A DNA stretch of 64,000 bases from Amoebidium appalachense (taxonomy: Eukaryota; Protista; Ichthyosporea): contig CAVNZM010000009.1 in NCBI GenBank assembly GCA_963693365.1, forward strand, positions 3,784,231 to 3,848,230, in the 5' to 3' direction. Shown here piece after piece: positions 34,997 to 43,682 of the stretch. The notes below the pieces were generated by a model. That model was not told where the DNA came from, did no database searches, and worked only from the letters and a program-made list of their open reading frames with translations. Both the position numbers and the translations under genes were made by a program. The number at the start of each line of letters is the position of its first letter. Positions within the stretch are counted from its first letter, which is position 1.

Positions 34997-35869
34997 ATGA
35001 AAATGCCGGTGCGCATGGAACTGACCCGCATCGCCACGGAGGACGAGCTCACGAGGTACCTAGACCGCAAATTTGAATGCGTTACAGAATGGACGGCCGA
35101 TGGCCGGGATTGGTCGTGCCTAATTGAGTCGAGATGGGACCACGCACACAGGGTGGCTATTCCCATTCTGTCAAACGGACAGATCAGTGTCCAGAGTGTT
35201 GGTGTAAATGGCATGACTCGTTATGAGCGCGACGAACGTTCCATGCGCGGCTACATCAAACTGTACAAGCCCGGACACCCCGTTACCGACCCGACCCTCA
35301 GCGAATACTACTATGAATTCGACACCACGCTCAGCGACAGCGAGGCCGGCATGGGGTATGGTTACAGATGTGAACGACGGCCCCCCGTATACGCCACCAA
35401 GCCGACCAGAGACGGATGGGTTTTCTGGAACGTTTTTGGGGATCCCAACTTGGATGAAGTCGATGGTGTGGCGCCTGCCATCTCCAGGAAACCCTACTGG
35501 GTCATGCCCAGCCTCCTGTTTGAGAACGTCGTATGCACTACCCCATCCCCTGCCGCGCCTCCGTCCACCCTGCAAGAGGGTGCCTACCGCGTCGGGATCG
35601 AGCACGGTGCCCCCGTTTCGATGGCCCCCGGCGCTGTGGCCGCTCAAGACTTCACCACCGCGCTTGACGACTGGGCCTCCGAGTGGCTCGACCCGTTCTT
35701 TGAGCGGGTCAACGTCCAGGTCGAGAACGCGGGTCTGCCGCTAAGAGACGCCGTGTTGGACACCGTCCACGCCCGCAACCGCACAACCGAGTTCTTCGGC
35801 CTGCCTCGCAGCCTGCGTAGAGGACCGACACCGTGGAACAACTCAGGCCATGTAGGACACGCACTTTGA
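34997..35869 (+). CDS. Hypothetical protein, 290 aa
   Basis: TATAAAAG at ~34928 preceded by several ATTGG; AATAAA at ~35935. Confidence 0.75.
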   Translation: MKMPVRMELTRIATEDELTRYLDRKFECVTEWTADGRDWSCLIESRWDHAHRVAIPILSNGQISVQSVGVNGMTRYERDERSMRGYIKLYKPGHPVTDPTLSEYYYEFDTTLSDSEAGMGYGYRCERRPPVYATKPTRDGWVFWNVFGDPNLDEVDGVAPAISRKPYWVMPSLLFENVVCTTPSPAAPPSTLQEGAYRVGIEHGAPVSMAPGAVAAQDFTTALDDWASEWLDPFFERVNVQVENAGLPLRDAVLDTVHARNRTTEFFGLPRSLRRGPTPWNNSGHVGHAL

Positions 35870-36067
35870 AGACGGCTTGCCGTGGATTTGTCCTCCGCGG
35901 ACAGGCCCGCTTGGGGTCTTGTGGGTTTCGTCCTAATAAATGCAGGTGACTGGTCACCGGTGGCACTGTATCCGCTATTTTTGGAGGAATGTCATTTGTA
36001 TATTGATAAACAATAAAACCCAGTGATCGTTGGTCAGTCGTGTCAATTTAATCTTTTTCCTTGTGAA

Positions 36068-36415
36068 ATGGACGTGGAAGTGTACAACCCCGGGTGTTAT
36101 TGGTACGTGGGAGATCGCGGGCGGTTAGACAACATGCTGCGCAGCGCGCGTGCTCACTCTGGGACTGTGGTTCTTTCCGCGACGAGTGATTTGATTACAC
36201 AAGTATGTGGAGTGGATCAAAAAAGCCGCTTTGTTGTGAACGCGTTGGCGAGCAGCCTGTCGATTCCAGATATATGTTGGAATGTCGGTGAACTCGTCGG
36301 TGTTTTGACAAAAACACAGTCTCGTGTACCGGAAGTCGTGGTGATTGCCAAGCGAGAGCCCTGGTGGGATCCACCTTTCAAAGGGGTGGGTCGTTTCAAG
36401 TTGATACGGGTGTAG
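36068..36415 (+). CDS. Hypothetical protein, 115 aa
   Basis: ATG 36068; overlaps the stop region of the convergent ORF. Confidence 0.5.
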   Translation: MDVEVYNPGCYWYVGDRGRLDNMLRSARAHSGTVVLSATSDLITQVCGVDQKSRFVVNALASSLSIPDICWNVGELVGVLTKTQSRVPEVVVIAKREPWWDPPFKGVGRFKLIRV

Positions 36416-36665
36416 CACCTGAAAGTATTTTCTGTGCGGTTTCCGTCTCGGTGAATTGTGTGGATGTGGTGTATGTATATGCAAGCATTAGTGGCAACAG
36501 TATCCACATCCAGCGAATCATGAAGTTGTCGCATAATGGGTCCAGTATTGGGTGGGACCCGGTTTTTTGCTTCAGTGATCTGTTTATTCTATGAACGTCA
36601 CATGATATCAGCGTCAACCAGAACAGGACGAATGAGATGGCGGACGCGACTACCCAAGGCCACAT
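36396..36665 (-). CDS. Small protein with two predicted TM segments, 89 aa
   Basis: Hydrophobic stretches WVVASAISFVLFWLTLI and WMWILLPLMLAY; downstream of the 30 bp CCAAT array. Confidence 0.5.
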   Translation of the reverse strand: MWPWVVASAISFVLFWLTLISCDVHRINRSLKQKTGSHPILDPLCDNFMIRWMWILLPLMLAYTYTTSTQFTETETAQKILSGATPVST

Positions 36666-36766
36666 TGTGCACTTGTACCAATAAAAAGAGGAAGCCTGTG
36701 TCTGTCGCGCGATACGACCCTTCACAGCACCGCCTGGGCCTTTTTTTTCGATCCGTATCTAAATCG

Positions 36767-36930
36767 GATCTGGTTGGTCCGCCCGGTTTGACCGCTGATC
36801 TGATTAGTCCGCCCGGTTTGACCGCTGATCTAATTGGTTTGTGTGTTTTGACCGTTGATCTGATTGGTCCATCCGGTTTGACCGTTGATCTGATTGGTTC
36901 GCGTGGTTTGACCGCTGATCTGATTGGTCC
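36767..36930. repeat. 30 bp tandem array, ~5.5 units (GATCTGATTGGTCCGCCCGGTTTGACCGCT)
   Basis: Exact 30 bp period is visible. Confidence 0.92.
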
Positions 36931-37248
36931 CGAACGCCGCGGTAGTCACCATAATGGGAAGCATGTGTGGTGGCGTGCTTTTTGCGTGGTTTGGTTGGTT
37001 GTTCACTCGGTGAACTTTATTTTTTTTTTTTTTTTTTGCAAAGCGAAACACGAGGCCACTTGATTGGCCAGACGAAATAATCACTCCAAAAAACGTTAAA
37101 GGCGAGCCCTAATTGGCCAAGCGAAATTAAAGCATTGTTTTAATTGGCTATGTTTCTGCTGAGTTGAACCCTACGTGATGCGCATTGGTTCGTTTTGGTG
37201 GTTGCGCTAATGCAGATGTTTATAAGGACTCTTCGCGTCGCAGAAGCC

Positions 37249-37549
37249 TTCTGTTTTCCATCGTGAACGAGCCGTGTTGTAAGCGTCCGTGTTGTAAGCG
37301 TCCTTTTTTAGAAGAGACTTTTTTCTGTTTTCCATCGTGAACGAGCCGTGTTGTAAGCGTCCGTGTTGTAAGCGTCCTTTTTTAGAAGAGACTTTTTTCT
37401 GTTTTCCATCGTGAACGAGCCGTGTTGTAAGCGTCCGTGTTGTAAGCGTCCTTTTTTAGAAGAGACTTTTTTTCTGTTTTCCATCGTGAACGAGCCGTGT
37501 TTTAAGCGTCCTTTTTTTAGAAGAGACTTATTTTTCTGTTTTCCATCGT
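37249..37549. repeat. ~74 bp tandem array, ~4 units
   Basis: TTCTGTTTTCCATCGTGAACGAGCCGTGTTGTAAGCGT... repeats between a TATA-like TTATAAG (~37220) and ATG 37640. Confidence 0.92.
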
Positions 37550-37639
37550 CTACGAACCGTGACATGTAGCGACACAAAATTTCGGTGTTTGATTGTGTTT
37601 TTAAGCCCGTTTGGAATCGTTCGTGTTAACGGGTTCACA

Positions 37640-38650
37640 ATGGCTTCTATTCGCTATGCTCGTGTCTCCGGGACTTTTCGGGTTATTATTGATTTCTTTG
37701 ATGCACTGGAAACAAGACCCCCCCACAAGCGTGACCCGAGCATGCAAAGCCACATGCGGATTTCCCTGCCTTCCCTTGCCAGATTGTGGCGTCACGCACA
37801 GGTCCTCGCGGTGACTAACGAAACTGTCGTCGATTCGATTGACGAATATGATTTTTTGTTGGATAAGTTGCTCGACGTTTGTGCACATCTCACCCTCGAC
37901 ACCTCTGGTATAGCAACAATTGGTGTTCGTGACTTCCGGTTGTGTTTGAAAAAAATCGATGCCGATTCTATTTTTTCGCCCGACGTCGAAGTACATCGCT
38001 CCTACAAAGCTGATTGGGATGACGTTGTTGGCAAATGCATCGCGTTCATGACATATCGTGACAGTGCTCTATACGACCAAGACCCGTGGCCTGTGACCGA
38101 TGAAGACAAGAAGGTTTTCAGTTGTGTGTTGGCCGAGTATTCGTATTTGTATGCCCTTACCTCCGCCGTGAATACCCAGAAGAAGGACGAGATTGGGGCC
38201 CTTTCTCGTCAGATTAAAGTGCTACAGGCACAGAAATCCAAACTCACAAGCGACGTGTACAACAACGAACAGCGTCTGAAGCGATATCACAACGTCGAGC
38301 CGAAAGAGTGTCATTTTGGTTGTGGTCTGCCTCGCCGACGCGGTTCTGGCGACTCCGTCAAACGACGTAAGAGTAGTTGTGACGATTTGGGTGGTGGTGG
38401 TGGTGGTGATGCTCTTGCTTTGTATGTGGAGATGGAGTCTTTGGAGGAACATGTGCGTTTGGAACGTGTGCGTACATTTGCCTATTGCGAGTCAGGCGAC
38501 GAGAGTGAAAGTGAAAGCGAAAGTGAAAGTGAAAATAGTGGTGATGACGACAATGGTGTATCTCTGGTTGTGTACCATAACACATCTCGTCCCTCTCTCC
38601 TTTTCCGTCCAAATATGAATGTACAATCCGATCATACCGAGGATGAATGA
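37640..38650 (+). CDS. 336 aa protein with a serine-recombinase-like N-terminus (YARVS), coiled coil and acidic tail
   Basis: MASIRYARVSG start; LPSLARLW...VLAVT...FLLDKLLDVCAHLTLD echoes resolvase RPGL..LL...TLVV...L...GV.L; the DRLxR motif is absent. The ORF itself is well supported; the family call is weak. Confidence 0.55.
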   Translation: MASIRYARVSGTFRVIIDFFDALETRPPHKRDPSMQSHMRISLPSLARLWRHAQVLAVTNETVVDSIDEYDFLLDKLLDVCAHLTLDTSGIATIGVRDFRLCLKKIDADSIFSPDVEVHRSYKADWDDVVGKCIAFMTYRDSALYDQDPWPVTDEDKKVFSCVLAEYSYLYALTSAVNTQKKDEIGALSRQIKVLQAQKSKLTSDVYNNEQRLKRYHNVEPKECHFGCGLPRRRGSGDSVKRRKSSCDDLGGGGGGDALALYVEMESLEEHVRLERVRTFAYCESGDESESESESESENSGDDDNGVSLVVYHNTSRPSLLFRPNMNVQSDHTEDE

Positions 38651-38799
38651 CCTGTATATAGAAAAAACCGACACTCACCTTTTGGAATTTATATGCTCGA
38701 ATTTAGATCATTGATGTTGATCAGAATATGTGGGTTGGGAATTGTTATACCCGTATTGTATGCTAAAATAAACCCCGTGAAGTATATACAGATCCCTGT

Positions 38800-39515
38800 T
38801 ATTCCAAATAAACCCCCCCCCCCGCCCCCGGCCCCCCTGCCTCACGTGCCTCACGTGCCCCCCTGCCTCACGTGCCTCACGTGCCCCCCTGCCTCACGTG
38901 CCTCACGTGCCCCCCTGCCTCACGTGCCTCACGTGCCTCACCTTCCCCCCCTGCCCCCCCTGCCCCCCCTGCCTCACGTGCCTCACCTGCCCCTCCTGCC
39001 TCACCTGCCCCCCCTGCCCCCCCCCCCCTGCCCGGGTCAAGACTTAGCTCGTGTAGACTTAGCTTTTTTCTCTCTCTCTTTTCTCTCTCTCGTGTAGACT
39101 TAGCTTTTTTCTCTCTCTCTCTCTCTCGTGTAGACTTAGCTTTTTTCTCTCTCTCTCTCTCTCGTGTAGACTTAGCTTTTTTCTCTCTCTCTCTCTCTCG
39201 TGTAGACTTAGCTTTTTTCTCTCTCTCTTTTCTCTCTCTCTCTCGTGTAGACTTAGCTTTTTTCTCTCTCTCTTTTCTCTCTCTCTCTCGTGTAGACTTA
39301 GCTTTTTTCTCTCTCTCTTTTCTCTCTCTCTCTCTCTCTCTGGCCACTTTCCCACTTAAAAGTGGGTAATGCTGTATCGTTTGTTTTGTCTCTTTTTTTT
39401 TTCTCTTTTTCGATTTTAAGTGGAAAAAGTGGGAAGTGGGAAATAGATTGATCGCGATCGGATCGGAGATGGTTTGGTGTGATCTCAAAGTTACCAGGCC
39501 ACGTGACTAGTCCAA
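38800..39515 (-). repeat. Right terminal inverted repeat
   Basis: Reverse complement of 13300-14023, ending CCACGTGACTAGTCCAA. Confidence 0.95.
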
Positions 39516-39517
39516 TA

Positions 39518-39911
39518 TTGGATTGGGCGATGGACTTGGTAAGGGTCGAATCGAATCGCGAAGGGCCGCCAGGCCCGGAGCCCGGAGCCCGGAGCACGGC
39601 GCCCGGCCCGCGCGGGGTCTGGGGGGACGGGGTCCGGGGGGACGGCGTGGGGCGCGGCGCCCGGGGTCCGGGGGGACGGGGTCTGGGGGGACGGGGGTGG
39701 AGTGGACGGTCCACTCCACCCGTCCACTCCACCCCCGTCCCCCCAGACCCCGTCCCCCCGGACCCCGGGCGCCGCGCCCCACGCCGTCCCCCCGGACCCC
39801 GTCCCCCCAGACCCCGCACGGGCCGGGCGCCGTGCTCCGGGCTCCGGGCTCCGGGCCTGGCGGCCCTTCGCGATTCGATTCGACCCTTACCAAGTCCATC
39901 GCCCAATCCAA
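39518..39911. repeat. 394 bp GC-rich palindrome: 192 bp arms, 10 nt loop
   Basis: 39518-39709 is the reverse complement of 39720-39911 with one mismatch seen (39611/39818); loop TCCACTCCAC. Confidence 0.96.
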
Positions 39912-40382
39912 TAATATTGGCAAGTTCTGATAGTGTATGCTGCCAAACGTATTTATATATTTCGATGACAGAGGAAAGGGGGGAGGGAGGGGGGAGGGAG
40001 ATAGTATGAAATGTAGAATTAGACTCTGCGGTGCCACTAGGGGAAGGGTGAGGGGTGAGACTTGGATAAATACATTAGTTGAGTAGATCGACTTAGCTCG
40101 TGCAGGCGCACGATAAAAGTAGATCGGAATGTTAATGGAATGTGGCATCGTAGGGGGCTAGGTGATGATGATCTTGTAGGGCACGGCCTTGATGGCCTCA
40201 GTCGTTACTTAGACTCATTCCGTTCGGATCTAAGTTTGCCCGTCGGAGCCTGGTCGTAATAAACTTTACCGTTTTTCTGTACACGTTCGTTCCTTTTCGT
40301 GGGTGTACACTTAGTAGAGTGCCGCGTCTCTAGTACACACATATTAGGATACGACAACACACACGCTGCAGTCACGTTCCCC
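39912..40382 (+). repeat. Gypsy LTR copy 2, right part
   Basis: ATTGGCAAG...ATTAGGATACGACA matches 1977-2418; ends near CAGTCAC, the inverse of the LTR start GTGACTG. Confidence 0.88.
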
Positions 40383-40901
40383 TGAGTGGGACTCCCTCCC
40401 ACCACAAAAAGAAGAAACGAAAGCCTTTATATACCTGCCATGGTGAAGAATCGGGAAAAAAAGTTGACGTGACAGCTAAGAGATCGAAGTGAAAGTGAAG
40501 TCCTCGATAGCGCTGAGCACGTAGAACACCTTATTTTCTTTCTAGCACCCCTCCTTCATTGTTTTCTGGAAAACCGCCAATTTGGGGTCAATTAGTAAAA
40601 ATCTAAATTTTCAATCGAAAATTTCGAAAGGTTCCCGCGTGGCGCTGGGCAAGTGTCCGGGTGAATTTGAAGTAGACATCAAGACGGACATTTTGACGTG
40701 TCTATTTCCTTTTTATCTCAATTCTATCATGCTCTCAGATCGGGACGATTTTGGGGTCTGACTTGAGGCACCATAGTTCCGGGCCAAGATCTGCGATGAC
40801 CTCTCTGGGCATGGTGGCACAGCACCCCAGGTCAGGGTGCTTGGCCGATCTCGTCGCAATAATATCATTCGATCATCCTCTACGATACGGCGCGCAGGTC
40901 T

Positions 40902-40951
<50 letters not shown>

Positions 40952-41363
40952 CTGGCGTCGGGCCGTGGGGGGCGCGCCGTGTAGAGCCGGAAACGGGTAG
41001 GGTTGGCGGTGGGGCCGACCCGAGGTTGCTAGGTGTGAGTGACCGGATCTGCGCCGTCAACTGCTATTGATACCTAGTGATTGGAAGGGTTTGCATCTAA
41101 ATTGGGTTTCTGGTGAAGTTGCTAAGGTTGGGCCAATAGCCAGTAGCCAATAGCTCTCAAGTTACATGCCGTGGCATGGTTTCCCTGCTGGCCCTGAGTT
41201 GAAAGCTCATGGCGTATGTGTGACTCCTAGTTGCCTCACTGCGACGTCTTCCCGCGATTGTAGTGACTGGATAAAGTGGGTCATCGGATGAGCATGAATG
41301 AAACCCTGAGTCCTCCCCCCCTCCTTCCCCTCTTTCCCCCTCTCCCTCCCATTGCCTCCTCTA

Positions 41364-42287
41364 TGTTGTAATACGTAGTATCTACATATGGTAAGATCTT
41401 CTCAGTTTGTGTTATGTTTCAGTTCATATGCTTAGTGTATATGCCACACTCCTATTATGTAAAGTGAAGCATCGATCTCCGATATGCTTGTATACTTGTA
41501 ATCGTGTTGTATCGGCTCTAATCGTGTATTGTAATATCGATTAGAATATGTATATGTGTGTACACGGATCCACCCACTCAGGGAGAGACGTGTACATGTT
41601 AGTGTGTACATAAATATCTCTGGTTATAGTTATGCTATCACTATCTTGTTTGTTGATCTGTGCTCTCTTTTCCTTCCTCCTTCTCCTTCCTTATTTTCTT
41701 TCCTTTCTCTCTTTGTCTTCATGTGTACAATCGTATTTCTTTTCTACTAATATATGTTAGGTAGATTTGTGTTACTTAATACGTGTTCATTGGACGGTAA
41801 CACACTTAGGCTACACTTAGAATAGCATGTGTGTTTAGACTTCATTAATTTACTTTAGTTTTCATGTGTTGCCGGGCTTTAACCAATCATCAAGGTTAAG
41901 TGTGATATGTCTGAGTCTTTGCAGTATGTCATAGGTTAGAACTTCCTTGATGATGACACGAGTTGACCTTAACTAGTGTCTGTGTCCTATCGTGTGCGTC
42001 TCCGCGTACCGGATCTCTCTGAAAGCAATTGGTTCTTAGTGATTGGTTTCTATTAGAGATAGATCTGATTTCCGACTGGTCGGAAATCATGTATGGATTG
42101 GACTTAGAGGAATTTCAGGTATTTATTCGAAGATCAGAATAAATTCAGTTCAGTCGTGTCTAAACATTGATGTCTGTTGTGTACACTGCTCCGATCCTTC
42201 CGTGTTTGTTGTTGTGTGTGTCTGTGGTGTTTTCACACTGCACCACTGTGTCTCTGCTTACATCCCAAATACTTATACAATTTAACA
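41364..42287 (+). mobile_element. Solo LTR of the young Copia family
   Basis: Near-identical to 3790-4708; perfect 5 bp TSD CTCTA on both sides. Confidence 0.96.
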
Positions 42288-43682
42288 CTCTACCCCCCCC
42301 CTCCCCCTCCTGATCCTCTTCTACTGCCCCCCCCCCCCCCCCCCCTGGCCCCCCACCCCCTGGACCCCCCAACCCACCCCTCTACTCCCTCTCCCACCTC
42401 CCCCCACTCCACCCTCCCTCCCTCCCGTGACCAACCAACCCCCCCCCCCCCCCCCCAAAAGGCACTGAATAGTAGTAACTGAATACTAAATTCCACTGAA
42501 TAAAACTGAATACAAACACGTGAAAATATCATAGAATACCATTGAAGATAGAAAATCACAATGATATCAATGAATATAAAATCACCTGAGAACCATCGAA
42601 CACAAGATACCAGTGAATACCACTGAATACGAAATACTATGGCTACTGAATACCACTGAATACAAAATACTACTGAATACCACAGTGACTGAATACAAAA
42701 TACCGATGAATACCACTGAATACGATGAAATATCAAACCGTGTCACCGTTGCATCATGTGGGTGCCGTGCGTGCTCTGTGAAGCCAACGGGCCCGAGATT
42801 GCCGCAAAACCAACATAATGGTCAAATAGAAACCTACCACTGAAACAGTACTTGTGCTAAAGAGTATTGGGACTATGTGCTCGTGCGGCAAAACTACAGG
42901 AACTATTTCAAAAATTACGTGCAAATACCATTGTCCTGTGCACATCACTCGCAGCGTGCAAACACTGTGTACAAACCAACTCATGCACTGCTGGCCACGC
43001 ATGAATTCGAGCACAAAATTCAGCCTATATAATTATAACGTTGCCGTGCTGAAAATTTGAACTTTGATGCTAAGGGTATTTATGGCCAATGCAAAATATC
43101 CCGGTTTTTGCCCTGAACATCGTTCGGGATATATCACGAAAATATCGAATTTTGCCCTGAATATCCGATTTTGAAAATATCTCGGCTAAAACTCCCTGAA
43201 TATCGTTTAAACCTTTTTATCCTAAGAGCCCTTGATTATGGCGGGATATATCAAAAATATCTCGCTTTTGACCTGATTATCAAGTCGAAGTATCCCGGAT
43301 TTTGCCCTAAATTTAACAAAAATATGCCACTTTTTACCCATATAAGGAAATAACCCGTGGGTTTGTTCCAAGATCCATGTGGGGAGCATATACCTGTAGG
43401 CCGCCAATCTAAGGGCAATCCGAGGCAAATAATATGTCGCTTTTATGCCCCTTCTAGGCTAAATCAGAAGATTCGGGAGTGTACGAAGTGTGAAATAAGA
43501 GTCATTGTATCTTTTTTGATGAGTTTTCCACATAGCCTCAGGTTGTACGTAATAATGTGATAATCCCGTTTTTGGAGCCGTGATATGTCATGCCCTGAAA
43601 GATATTGATGTGTTAGGCTTCAGGTTGCCGGCGGGCCAGGCTAATGAATGATTGAATATCGTATGTCAGTGCCCCAGCTTAG

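Larger units (their letters stand above)
13300..39911. mobile_element. ~26.6 kb TIR-bounded virus-like element with a terminal palindrome, inserted in a Gypsy LTR
   Basis: Inverted repeats 13300-14023 and 38800-39515; palindrome 39518-39911; LTR sequence resumes at 39912; dense intronless ORFs including penton-like and DUF5760-like proteins. Confidence 0.9.

Noticed and set aside
13300-39911. Calling the element a canonical Polinton/adintovirus or virophage
   Set aside because: I recognised no pPolB, rve integrase, Walker-A packaging ATPase, cysteine protease or major capsid motifs, and no 6 bp TSD.
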